40,552 nt of DNA from the NCBI GenBank assembly GCA_036676545.1, contig JAKFCR010000123.1, positions 1 through 40,552 of the forward strand, read 5' to 3'. Positions 16,715 through 26,159 of this stretch are shown piece after piece. Every line of letters starts with the position of its first letter. Position 1 is the first letter of the stretch. The translations under genes and the position numbers were made by a program. The stretch comes from Aeromicrobium sp. GTDB taxonomy: Bacteria > Actinomycetota > Actinomycetes > Propionibacteriales > Nocardioidaceae. The notes beneath the pieces are model-generated. The model had not been told where the DNA came from and did not search any database. It saw nothing but the letters and a program-made list of their open reading frames with translations.

Positions 16715-18381
16715 GCGAACAGTACGTCGTCGGAGTCGACTTCGGCACCCTTTCGGGGCGTGCTCTGGTCGTCGCGGTCAAGGATGGCCGCGAGCTCGGG
16801 AGCGCCGTTCACGAGTACCCGCATGCCGTGATCAGCGACGCGCTGCCCACGACGCCAGGTTCGCCTCTGCCTCCCGACTGGGCGCTCCAGGTGCCGTCTG
16901 ACTACGTCGACGTGCTGCGCATCGCGGTGCCCGAGGCGGTTCGCGCATCGGGGATTGATCCCGCGCACGTGATCGGCATCGCCACCGACTTCACGGCGTG
17001 CACGATGGTTCCGACCCTTGCGGACGGCACTCCGCTCAACGAGCTGCCGCAGTTCGCGGACCGCCCGCATGCGTACGTGAAGCTCTGGAAGCATCACGCC
17101 GCCCAGGGCCAGGCTGATCGGATCAACGCCCTCGCCGAAGAGCGCCAGGAGTCGTGGTTGCCACGCTATGGCGGATTGATCTCATCGGAGTGGGAGTTCG
17201 CCAAGGGGCTGCAGGTCCTCGAGGAGGATCCCGAGGTCTATGCCGCGATGAAGCGCTGGGTCGAGGCCGCCGACTGGATCGTGTGGCAGCTCTGCGGGAC
17301 CTACGTCCGCAATGCCTGCGCTGCAGGTTACAAGGGCATCCTGCAAGACGGCGCCTACCCGGGGGATGAGTTCCTCTCGGGGCTGAACCCGCTGTTTGCA
17401 GACTTTGTCAATGCAAAGCTCGACCAGCCGATCGGTCAGCTCGGTCGTGCGGCTGGCACGCTGACCGCAGAGGCCGCCGGGTGGACCGGACTGCCGGAAG
17501 GCATTGCGGTGGCCGTCGGCAATGTGGACGCGCACGTCACCGCGCCGGCCGCCCAAGCCGTCGACGCCGGTCAGATGGTCGCGATCATGGGCACCTCGAC
17601 GTGCCACGTCATGAGCTCCGGAGTGCTGCGTGAGGTGCCGGGTATGTGCGGCGTCGTCGACGGCGGGATCGTCTCAGGCTCGTACGGGTATGAGGCCGGC
17701 CAGAGCGGTGTCGGTGACATCTTCGGCTGGTTCGTCGATCACGGCGTACCGGCGTACGTACGCGAGGCGGCAGACGCTGCTGGCGTCGGCGTCCACGATC
17801 ACCTCACCGAGCTCGCGTCTCGCCAGTCCGTCGGCGCCCATGGATTGGTTGCCCTCGATTGGCACAGCGGCAACCGCTCGGTTCTTGTCGACCACGAGCT
17901 GACCGGGCTGATCGTCGGGCAGACCCTCGCGACCCGGCCTGAGGACATCTATCGCGCGCTGATCGAGGCGACGGCGTTCGGCACGCGCACGATCATCGAG
18001 ACGTTCAATGACAGTGGCGTGCCGGTCAACGAACTCATCATCGCCGGTGGGTTGTCCAAGAACCCGCTCCTCATGCAGATCTACTCCGACGTGACCCGCT
18101 TGCCGCTATCGGTGATCGGGTCCGAGCAGGGCCCCGCTCTGGGCTCTGCCCTCCATGCTGCCGTCGCGGCTGGCGCGTACGCGGACATACGCGCCGCCGC
18201 GAAGGCTATGGGCTCCCTCAATCGGGCAGTGACCCTGCCCGATGAGGGACGCTCCAAGGTCTACGACCGGCTGTTCGCCGAGTACACCGCGCTGCACGAC
18301 CACTTCGGTCGAGGCGGCAACGACGTCATGCACCGTCTCCACGCGCTGCGCCGTGAGGCGCTGGCAGGAGGTACGCCATGA
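16711..18381 (+). CDS. araB: Ribulokinase
   Basis: GVDFGTLSGR, DFTACT, KLWKHHAAQ, IMGTSTCH and YEAGQSGVGD (FGGY kinase, AraB type). Confidence 0.95.
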   Translation: MSEQYVVGVDFGTLSGRALVVAVKDGRELGSAVHEYPHAVISDALPTTPGSPLPPDWALQVPSDYVDVLRIAVPEAVRASGIDPAHVIGIATDFTACTMVPTLADGTPLNELPQFADRPHAYVKLWKHHAAQGQADRINALAEERQESWLPRYGGLISSEWEFAKGLQVLEEDPEVYAAMKRWVEAADWIVWQLCGTYVRNACAAGYKGILQDGAYPGDEFLSGLNPLFADFVNAKLDQPIGQLGRAAGTLTAEAAGWTGLPEGIAVAVGNVDAHVTAPAAQAVDAGQMVAIMGTSTCHVMSSGVLREVPGMCGVVDGGIVSGSYGYEAGQSGVGDIFGWFVDHGVPAYVREAADAAGVGVHDHLTELASRQSVGAHGLVALDWHSGNRSVLVDHELTGLIVGQTLATRPEDIYRALIEATAFGTRTIIETFNDSGVPVNELIIAGGLSKNPLLMQIYSDVTRLPLSVIGSEQGPALGSALHAAVAAGAYADIRAAAKAMGSLNRAVTLPDEGRSKVYDRLFAEYTALHDHFGRGGNDVMHRLHALRREALAGGTP

Positions 18382-19052
18382 CGATCTCCCAGGACGTCGC
18401 CTCGACGATCGCCAGACTGCGCCGTGAGGTGTGTGGGCTCCACGCCGAGCTCACCCGCTATGAGCTTGTCGTCTGGACCGCCGGCAATGTCTCCGCCCGG
18501 GTTCCCGGCGCCGATGCGCTCGTCATCAAGCCGAGCGGCGTCAGCTACGACGACCTCACGCCGGACAACATGGTGGTCACCGATCTCGAGGGCAAGGTGC
18601 TCGAGGGCGATCTCGCACCCTCGTCCGACACCGCAGCCCAGGCCTACGTCTACCGCCACATGTCTGAGGTCGGCGGCGTCGTGCACACCCACTCGACGTA
18701 TGCGACAGCCTGGGCCGCACGAGCCGAGCCCATCCCGTGCGTGCTCACGATGATGGCCGATGAGTTCGGCGGCGAGATCCCGGTCGGACCGTTTGCCCTG
18801 ATCGGCGACGACTCGATCGGCCGGGGAATCGTCGAGACGCTGCGCGGCAGCAAGTCCCCGGCGGTACTGATGCAGAACCACGGGGTGTTCGCCATTGGCA
18901 AGGATGCGCGCTCTGCCGTGAAGGCCGCCGTCATGTGCGAAGACGTCGCACGTACGGTCCACATCGCACGTCAGCTGGGGGAGCCGGTAGCCATCCCGGA
19001 GGACTCGATCGCCAGCTTGTACGACCGCTATCAGAACATCTACGGGCAATGA
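18378..19052 (+). CDS. araD: L-ribulose-5-phosphate 4-epimerase
   Basis: [34 protein letters not shown] and NHGVF class II aldolase motifs. Confidence 0.93.
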   Translation: MTISQDVASTIARLRREVCGLHAELTRYELVVWTAGNVSARVPGADALVIKPSGVSYDDLTPDNMVVTDLEGKVLEGDLAPSSDTAAQAYVYRHMSEVGGVVHTHSTYATAWAARAEPIPCVLTMMADEFGGEIPVGPFALIGDDSIGRGIVETLRGSKSPAVLMQNHGVFAIGKDARSAVKAAVMCEDVARTVHIARQLGEPVAIPEDSIASLYDRYQNIYGQ

Positions 19053-19071
19053 GCCCACACAAGGAGAATTC

Positions 19072-20574
19072 GTGAACACCGACGAGCGTGAGATCTGGTT
19101 CCTCACCGGAAGCCAGAGCCTGTACGGCGACGACACATTGCGTCAGGTCGCCGAGCAGTCCCGCGCGATTGCCGAGCAGCTCGGGGACTCGCCCCAGCTG
19201 TCGACCCGCCTCGTGTGGAAGCCGGTGCTGACTTCGTCGGATGCGATTCGCCGAGTCGTGCTGGACGCCAACGCCGATGACAGCTGCGTCGGTCTTATCG
19301 GCTGGATGCATACGTTCTCGCCGGCCAAGATGTGGATCAACGGTCTGGATGCCCTCCAGAAGCCGTTCCTCCACCTGCACACGCAGGCCAATGTCGAGAT
19401 TCCGTGGTCCACGATCGACATGGACTTCATGAACCTCAACCAGGCCGCCCATGGTGACCGGGAGTTCGGCTACATCCAGACGCGCATCGGCGTCGCCCGC
19501 AAGACCATTGCCGGACACGTCAGCGATCCGTCAGTGAGCTCACGCATCGGGGCTTGGGCTCGAGCGGCGGTCGGTGCACACGACCTGCGCAGCCTCAAGC
19601 TCGCCAGGTTCGGAGACAACATGCGCGATGTCGCGGTCACCGAAGGTGACAAGGTCGAGGCGCAGCTCAAGTTCGGCGTCTCGGTCAACACGTACGGCGT
19701 CAACGACCTCGTCGATGTCGTGGATGCGGTCGAGCCGTCTGCGATCGACAAGCTCGTCGCGGAGTACGAGGACACGTACGACGTTGCCGCGGACCTGCGT
19801 ACAGGCGGAGACCGGCACGATGCGCTTCGCTACAGCGCCCAGCTTGAGGCGGGCCTGCGCCAGTTCCTCGAGGCCGGAGGTTTCGGGGCGTTCACGACGA
19901 ACTTCGAGGATCTCGGCGGGCTCCGTCAGCTGCCCGGCATGGCCGTTCAGCGGCTCATGGCCGATGGCTATGGATTCGGCGGCGAAGGCGACTGGAAGAC
20001 GGCAGTCCTGGTCCGGACGACCAAGACGATGGCCGAGGGGATGCCAGGCGGCACCTCGTTCATGGAGGACTACACGTATCACCTGGAGCCGGGCAATCAG
20101 AAGTCGCTCGGAGCCCACATGCTTGAGGTCTGCCCGACGATCACGTCGAACCGTCCCAGCATCGAGGCGCATCCGCTCTCGATGGGCAACCGGGAGGATC
20201 CCGTACGTATGCGATTCATCGCCGACTCAGGCGAGGGGATCGTCGTCGGGCTGTCCGATCTGGGCGACAGGTTCCGGCTGACCGCCAATGACGTGACGCT
20301 GGTCCAACCGGATGAAGCACTGCCCAATCTGCCCGTGGCCTGCGCGGTCTGGGAGGCGCATCCCTCCCTGCCGACTGCGGCCGAAGCCTGGCTCATCGCG
20401 GGCGCGCCGCACCACACGGTGCTGTCGACTGCGGTCGGGCTTGAGGAATTCGAAGATCTCGCCGACATCCTGCGCACTGAGCTGCTGCACATCGGCAACG
20501 ACACGACCACCCGCGCCTTCCTCAAGGAAGTGCGATGGAACCAGGCGTACTACCGGCTCGCCGAAGGTTTCTGA
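19072..20574 (+). CDS. araA: L-arabinose isomerase
   Basis: [42 protein letters not shown] and HHT motifs; AAGGAG RBS. Confidence 0.97.
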   Translation: MNTDEREIWFLTGSQSLYGDDTLRQVAEQSRAIAEQLGDSPQLSTRLVWKPVLTSSDAIRRVVLDANADDSCVGLIGWMHTFSPAKMWINGLDALQKPFLHLHTQANVEIPWSTIDMDFMNLNQAAHGDREFGYIQTRIGVARKTIAGHVSDPSVSSRIGAWARAAVGAHDLRSLKLARFGDNMRDVAVTEGDKVEAQLKFGVSVNTYGVNDLVDVVDAVEPSAIDKLVAEYEDTYDVAADLRTGGDRHDALRYSAQLEAGLRQFLEAGGFGAFTTNFEDLGGLRQLPGMAVQRLMADGYGFGGEGDWKTAVLVRTTKTMAEGMPGGTSFMEDYTYHLEPGNQKSLGAHMLEVCPTITSNRPSIEAHPLSMGNREDPVRMRFIADSGEGIVVGLSDLGDRFRLTANDVTLVQPDEALPNLPVACAVWEAHPSLPTAAEAWLIAGAPHHTVLSTAVGLEEFEDLADILRTELLHIGNDTTTRAFLKEVRWNQAYYRLAEGF

Positions 20575-20589
20575 CCCCAAGAACTCGGG

Positions 20590-20619
20590 CGGCGCCCTCT
20601 TTCTCCAGGGAGGGCGCCG
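20590..20619. terminator. Hairpin terminator between convergent araA and lon
   Basis: CGGCGCCCTC...GAGGGCGCCG stem. Confidence 0.75.
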
Positions 20620-20625
20620 ACCGGC

Positions 20626-22953
20626 TCAAGCCGCGACTGTTGCTGCTTCGTCGACTGGCTCCAGCGCGAGAGCCAGGATCTCGGACACGTCGGCCACCGG
20701 GCGTACGTCGAGCTCCGCCAGCACCTCTTCGGGCACGTCGACCAGGTCGACCTCGTTGCGGGCTGGGATGAAGATCGTCTTCAGTCCAGCGCGCTGTGCG
20801 GCCATCAGCTTCTGCTTGACGCCACCGATCGGCAGCACACGACCGTTGAGTGTGACCTCGCCGGTCATGCCGACGTCGGCGCGTACCTTACGGCCGAGCG
20901 CCAGCGACGTGAGCGCGGTGACCATGGTGACGCCCGCGGACGGACCGTCCTTGGGGACGGCGCCGGCCGGTACGTGCAGGTGGATCGAACGCTCGAGCGT
21001 CTCCAGGTCGATACCGATCTCGTCAGCGTGTGAGCGCACGTACGACAGCGCGATCTGCGCCGACTCCTTCATCACGTCGCCGAGCTGACCGGTGATCGCG
21101 AGTCCGCGTTCGCCGTCGTATGCGCTCGCCTCGATGAACAGCACATCGCCACCAAGCCCGGTGACCGCGAGACCAGTCGCGACGCCAGGTACGGCAGTGC
21201 GCTCCTCAGACTCCGGCGTGAACCTAGGGCGACCGATGTAATCGACGAGGGTCTTCTCGTCGACGACGACAGGCGACTCGACGTCCGGTTCAGTCAGCTT
21301 GGTCGTGACCTTGCGGAACACCTTGGCGAGCAGTCGCTCCATCTGACGAACGCCGGCTTCACGCGTGTAAGAAGCGGCGATCTCGCGCAGTGCCTCGTCG
21401 GTGATCGCGACCTCGTCGTCCGTCAGGGCAGCACGCTCCAGCTGGCGGGGAGCCAGGTAGCGACGGGCGATCTGCACCTTGTCGTCCTCGGTGTAGCCGT
21501 CGAGCTGCACGAGCTCCATGCGGTCGAGCAGAGGCTGTGGGATCGACTCGATCACGTTGGCCGTCGCCAGGAACAGCACGTCGGACAGGTCGAGATCGAG
21601 ATCGAGGTAGTGGTCGCGGAACGTGTGGTTCTGCGCCGGGTCCAGCACCTCGAGCAGAGCTGCGGCAGGGTCGCCGCGGTAGTCAGCGCCGACCTTGTCG
21701 ATCTCGTCGAGCAGGATCACGGGGTTCATCGATCCGGCTTCGCCGATCGCGCGGACCAGGCGTCCGGGGAGCGCGCCGACGTACGTACGGCGGTGTCCAC
21801 GGATCTCCGCCTCGTCACGGACGCCACCGAGGGCGACACGTACGAAGTTGCGGCCCAGCGCTCGAGCGACGCTCTCGCCGAGAGATGTCTTGCCTACGCC
21901 GGGAGGGCCTACGAGCGCCATGACAGCGCCGGAGCCGCGTCCACCGACAACCTCAAGGCCGCGGTCCTTGCGGCGTGCGCGGACGGCGAGGTATTCGACG
22001 ATGCGGTCCTTCACGTCGTCCAGGCCGTGGTGATCGGCATCCAACACCTCACGGGCAGCGCTGATGTCTGTCTTGTCGTCGGTCTTCACGTTCCACGGGA
22101 GCTCAAGAACGGTGTCGAGCCAGGTACGGATGTAGCCCGCTTCAGGGTTCTGGTCGCTGCCGCGTTCGAGCTTGCCGACTTCGCGGAGCGCCGCCTTGCG
22201 TACGTCGTCGGGGAGATCCGCCTCCTCGACACGCTCGCGGTAGTCCTTGGTGTCCTCGGGCTCGTCGTCGCCGAGCTCCTTGCGGATTGCAGCGAGCTGC
22301 TGGCGCAGCACGAACTCGCGCTGGTTCTTGTCGATGCTCTCCTGCACCGACTCCGAGATCTTCTCGTTGACGTCCGCTTCGGCGAGGTAGTCGCGGGCCC
22401 AGCCGATCAGGACGTTCAGGCGCTCTTCGACATCGGAGGTCTCGAGGAGCTGGCGCTTCTGCTCCAGCTCGAGGTACGACGCGTAGCCCGCCGTGTCGGC
22501 GAGCTGGCCGGGGTTGGTGATGCGCTGGACGGAGTCGATGACCTGCCAGGCGTTGCGCTTCTGCAGGATCGTGACGAGCAGGCCCTTGTAGGTCTGCGCG
22601 AGGTCGCGTACGGCATCGGTGGGCTCGGGGTCATCAACCAGCTCAGCCTCGACCCACAGCGCTGCGCCGGGTCCGGTCACGCCGCCCTGGATGTGTGCAC
22701 GCTGCTCGGCCTGGATGACCGCGCCGGGGCCACCGCCGGGGAGCCGCCCGACCTGCTGGATCGTCGCGACCACGCCGTACGTCGCGTAGCGGTCCTCGAG
22801 TCGCGGTGCGACGAGGAGCCGGTCGTCGTTGCTCGTACGTGCGGCGTCGACGGCAGCGCGGGCGGCATCATCGAGCTCGATCGGGACGACCATTCCGGGC
22901 AGGACGACGACGTCTTCGAGTGCCAGAACGGGGAATTTGTGCAGCGTGGTCAC
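20626..22953 (-). CDS. lon: Lon protease (endopeptidase La)
   Basis: Walker A GPPGVGKT, LLDEIDK and catalytic KDGPSAG. GTG 22953 with AGGAGA RBS. Confidence 0.96.
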   Translation of the reverse strand: MTTLHKFPVLALEDVVVLPGMVVPIELDDAARAAVDAARTSNDDRLLVAPRLEDRYATYGVVATIQQVGRLPGGGPGAVIQAEQRAHIQGGVTGPGAALWVEAELVDDPEPTDAVRDLAQTYKGLLVTILQKRNAWQVIDSVQRITNPGQLADTAGYASYLELEQKRQLLETSDVEERLNVLIGWARDYLAEADVNEKISESVQESIDKNQREFVLRQQLAAIRKELGDDEPEDTKDYRERVEEADLPDDVRKAALREVGKLERGSDQNPEAGYIRTWLDTVLELPWNVKTDDKTDISAAREVLDADHHGLDDVKDRIVEYLAVRARRKDRGLEVVGGRGSGAVMALVGPPGVGKTSLGESVARALGRNFVRVALGGVRDEAEIRGHRRTYVGALPGRLVRAIGEAGSMNPVILLDEIDKVGADYRGDPAAALLEVLDPAQNHTFRDHYLDLDLDLSDVLFLATANVIESIPQPLLDRMELVQLDGYTEDDKVQIARRYLAPRQLERAALTDDEVAITDEALREIAASYTREAGVRQMERLLAKVFRKVTTKLTEPDVESPVVVDEKTLVDYIGRPRFTPESEERTAVPGVATGLAVTGLGGDVLFIEASAYDGERGLAITGQLGDVMKESAQIALSYVRSHADEIGIDLETLERSIHLHVPAGAVPKDGPSAGVTMVTALTSLALGRKVRADVGMTGEVTLNGRVLPIGGVKQKLMAAQRAGLKTIFIPARNEVDLVDVPEEVLAELDVRPVADVSEILALALEPVDEAATVAA

Positions 22954-22966
22954 GGGATCTCCTGAA

Positions 22967-22987
22967 GTTGAGTCTGACGGGCTCAAC
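22967..22987. promoter_or_regulatory. HAIR (HspR-associated inverted repeat) upstream of lon
   Basis: GTTGAGT-N7-GCTCAAC versus consensus CTTGAGT-N7-ACTCAAG. lon is an HspR target in Streptomyces. Confidence 0.82.
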
Positions 22988-23055
22988 TACGCGTAGGAGT
23001 CGCTTGTTCCTCTGAGACAGCGTGTTCGCTCAGGGCGGACTATGTCGACCGGCTG

Positions 23056-23397
23056 TCAATCAGCTGCGCGTGAGTCCAGGATGCGTTGGCGGTGCGCCAG
23101 GAAGAATGGGACAAAGGTGCTGATGCCGATCAGCAGGGACAGCGCGACGTACGCGACGTACCAACCGGCGCCGATTCCGACCTTGCGGGATTCGACCCAC
23201 ATCAGCACGAACACGGCCAGACCAAGGAAGAACACGTCGTAGACCAGAAAGAGTGAAGCGTTGTTGGCGTTGATCGCGTCGCGCCAGAAATGATCTGTCC
23301 CGTCCACGAGACCTTCATCGAAGTACTCGAGGGCTTGGGAGCCCGTGAAGAACAGAGCGACGACCCCGATGAGAACGTAGACATGCCAGAGCCTCAT
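23056..23397 (-). CDS. Small membrane protein (DUF2834-like)
   Basis: Hydrophobic helices ending IGISTFVPFFLAHRQ. CATACT -10 box 6 nt upstream of ATG 23397. Confidence 0.7.
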   Translation of the reverse strand: MRLWHVYVLIGVVALFFTGSQALEYFDEGLVDGTDHFWRDAINANNASLFLVYDVFFLGLAVFVLMWVESRKVGIGAGWYVAYVALSLLIGISTFVPFFLAHRQRILDSRAAD

Positions 23398-23454
23398 CGC
23401 TGGAGTATGGCACCGAAACACCGGGTCCGGACTTCTTCGTCAGATTGGCTCGAC

Positions 23455-24234
23455 TCAGGGCGTCTGCCCGCGGACGGCGACTGCCACTGCAGTCAGGTCG
23501 AACGATCCGCCGGGAGAGCCGAGCTTCGTGAAGCAGGCGTCCCTGAGTAGGTCAAGGTCGCCGGGAGCAAGCGATGTCGCGTAGGCGCCGCCGGGGCCGA
23601 CGCCGAGAGTGAACGGCAGCCAGTAGTCCTCGAAGTCCACGTACGTCGTGGTGACTTCGAGGTCAGCCGATGAGATGTCCCTCAGCCCGTGCGACTGCCA
23701 TGCAGCGACCAGCTCATCCTGTGAGCAAAACGGCATCGTGGTCTGCTCGCCGGGCGCGTCCGGGTCGAGGGTAAGAGCGGCATCCCAGAACGTGCGCAGC
23801 ATCTGCATACGGCCGCGGTAGTCCCACGTGCACGCAGCAATAGTGGCTCCAGGTCGAGCGACCCGGCACATCTCTCGTATGCCTGCATCAGCGTCAGGCA
23901 GAAAATTGAGGACGAGCTGCGACACCACGAGATCGAACGAGCCGTCGTCCCATGGCAGTTCCGACGCGGGCGCCTGCCGTACGTCGGCATCTGGCACCCG
24001 CTCGACGCAGGCCGCGACGAAGGGCTCCGACGGATCGGCAGCCGCGACGTTCGACGGAGCAGTGCGGGCCGCGAGCACTTCGGTGAGTGCTCCCGGCCCG
24101 CATCCGACATCCAGCACTGCAGCTTTTGCAGGCACGACGGCAAAGTCGGCGAAGACGTGCGCCAGCTGGTTGGAATACCGGCCCATGTAGCGGTCGTACG
24201 ACCCCCGCGAGGCATCGAAGCTCATGCCTCGCAT
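23455..24234 (-). CDS. Class I SAM-dependent methyltransferase
   Basis: YDRYMGRYS, VLDVGCGPGALT and LPWDDGSFDLVVS motifs. Confidence 0.88.
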   Translation of the reverse strand: MRGMSFDASRGSYDRYMGRYSNQLAHVFADFAVVPAKAAVLDVGCGPGALTEVLAARTAPSNVAAADPSEPFVAACVERVPDADVRQAPASELPWDDGSFDLVVSQLVLNFLPDADAGIREMCRVARPGATIAACTWDYRGRMQMLRTFWDAALTLDPDAPGEQTTMPFCSQDELVAAWQSHGLRDISSADLEVTTTYVDFEDYWLPFTLGVGPGGAYATSLAPGDLDLLRDACFTKLGSPGGSFDLTAVAVAVRGQTP

Positions 24235-24266
24235 TGACCCAGATCGCTACGCGCTTCGTCAATGAC

Positions 24267-25127
24267 TCAGACGGAGACTGCCTCGCGCAGGCCGTCGACG
24301 AGGGGAGTGGTCGGGCGTCCGATCAGCGCGCTGAGGTCGCCGCTCGTGCCGTCGAGCAGGCCGTCGCGTGTGTTGCCGTCGAGGGCAACCAGGAATCCGG
24401 CTGTCCCTTCATCGACACCGGCACCGACGAGAGCGCTCTGGTGCTCTTCGGCGGTGACATTCGCCAGCGCGACGTCGCTGCCAATCGCCGTGCTGATGGC
24501 GTCAGCGAGCTCCTGCTGCGTCCAGGCGTAGTCGCCCGAGAGCTCATACACTCTGCCGGCGGTCGAGCTGTCGGTGAGAACGATCGCGGCAGCCTCCGCG
24601 AAGTCCTTGCGACTCGCACTCGAGATGCGACCCTCGCCGGCGCTGGTCAGGAGCGAGCCAGTCTGACGGGCCTGCTCGATGGACGGTAGGTAGTTCTCGG
24701 AATACCAGCCATTGCGAAGGATCGTTGACGGAAGTCCTGAAGCGGCGATGAGTTCTTCGGTCGCCTTGTGCTCTGGGGCGAGGACCAGCGCTGAGGTAGT
24801 TGCCTTGGGTGCGCTCGTGTAGACGATCCGCTGGACACCTGCGGCCTTGGCCGCGTCGATTGCGTTGCCGTGCTGAGCGACGCGCTGGCCAAGTTCGTTG
24901 CCCGAGATCAGGAGGACGGTGTCCTCGGACGAGAACAGTCCGTTCAGGCTTGCTCGGTCGGAGAGGTCGATCTGCTGCGTACGGATGCCACGCTGGGCGA
25001 GCTCCGCGAGCTTCTCGGTGTTGCGGCCGGCGGCCACGATCTGGTCGGGCGAGATGCCGCGATCGAGGAGTGAGCTGACGGTGAGGGTGCCGAGCTGGCC
25101 GGTGGCACCGATGACGACGTAGGACAT
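24267..25127 (-). CDS. NAD(P)H:quinone oxidoreductase, atypical SDR/NmrA (QorB/YtfG-like)
   Basis: VIGATGQLG, LISG and LRNGWYSENY motifs; divergent from an HxlR regulator. Confidence 0.88.
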   Translation of the reverse strand: MSYVVIGATGQLGTLTVSSLLDRGISPDQIVAAGRNTEKLAELAQRGIRTQQIDLSDRASLNGLFSSEDTVLLISGNELGQRVAQHGNAIDAAKAAGVQRIVYTSAPKATTSALVLAPEHKATEELIAASGLPSTILRNGWYSENYLPSIEQARQTGSLLTSAGEGRISSASRKDFAEAAAIVLTDSSTAGRVYELSGDYAWTQQELADAISTAIGSDVALANVTAEEHQSALVGAGVDEGTAGFLVALDGNTRDGLLDGTSGDLSALIGRPTTPLVDGLREAVSV

Positions 25128-25224
25128 GGATTTCCCTTTCATTGGAAGCGTTCACCTGTCCCAACGGTCGGATCGCACCCATACTTCCCAATCGACAGTA
25201 CGCACTTTCAGGTAAGGTACTGGT

Positions 25225-25596
25225 ATGATGGTTAGTGACCGAAAGACGATCGACATCCCGGGGCTGGCGGATGGCGTCTTTCCTGCGCAGTGTCCGAGCC
25301 GGACCCTCCTGGATCACGTCACCAGCAAGTGGGGCGTGCTGGTGCTGCTGGCACTCGGCATCGACACGATGCGCTGGAGCGAGCTCCGTCGTTGCATTGA
25401 GGGCATCAGCGAGAAGATGCTGGCGCAGACCCTCAAGACCCTTGAGGCCGACGGACTCGTACGACGCGTCGCGCAGCCGGTCGTTCCGCCGCACGTCGAG
25501 TACAACCTGACTGCTGACGGACGCGAAGTCCATGACCGGCTGCGACCGCTCATGGAATGGGTAGGCGGCAACGCCGACCGGATCATCGAGGGCTAG
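25225..25596 (+). CDS. HxlR-family (QorR/YtfH-like) winged-helix regulator
   Basis: CPSRTLLDHVTSKW with N-terminal Cys, GISEKMLAQTL and PPHVEYNLT. Confidence 0.9.
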   Translation: MMVSDRKTIDIPGLADGVFPAQCPSRTLLDHVTSKWGVLVLLALGIDTMRWSELRRCIEGISEKMLAQTLKTLEADGLVRRVAQPVVPPHVEYNLTADGREVHDRLRPLMEWVGGNADRIIEG

Positions 25597-26159
25597 GCAC
25601 TCAACAGCTTGCGGGCCCGCCTCGGGGTCATGGGTTCACATCCGTGCGCGACGGCGTCGGCAATGATGCGTGGCTCGTCCTTCATCAGGCGCCACCCGCG
25701 TCGTACGAGGACCCACGGAGACTTGCGTCCCTCGCGCAGGTCGCGAACCAGCCGCAGACCGAAGGTCACCATGCGGTTGCGACGCAGGCAGATGGCTGCG
25801 TCGAGCATCCCAGCCGTACGGCAAGCATCGACGATGGCAGGCGCGAAGAGTCCCTCGGCGATGAACCGGTCGCCGGTCAGCGTGAGGGTGTGTGAACCCG
25901 TACGCGCGCTCGCTGCGATGTCATAGACCGGCACTTCCGTGACCCCGTTCTCGCAGAGCTCCTTGATGGCGGTGACCGCGGCAATGGCGTTCCATGAGCC
26001 GACGTCGTCCCAGTCGACGATGCCAAGACTGGAGCGCGGCATGTCGGGCTCGTCAGCGTCGCGATAGAAGTCGTCGAGTCTGAGAACGGTCCAGCCCAGG
26101 CGCGCAGCCAGGTGCGACTTGCCGGACCCCGAAGGCCCGGCCAGGATCACAACGCCCAC
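25593..26159 (-). CDS. P-loop kinase, uridine-kinase-like
   Basis: C-terminal part of ORF 25593..26678: LAGPSGSGKS, LDDFYR, IAEGLFA. GTG 26159 overlaps the ALDH stop (TAGTG). Confidence 0.75.
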   Translation of the reverse strand: MGVVILAGPSGSGKSHLAARLGWTVLRLDDFYRDADEPDMPRSSLGIVDWDDVGSWNAIAAVTAIKELCENGVTEVPVYDIAASARTGSHTLTLTGDRFIAEGLFAPAIVDACRTAGMLDAAICLRRNRMVTFGLRLVRDLREGRKSPWVLVRRGWRLMKDEPRIIADAVAHGCEPMTPRRARKLLSA

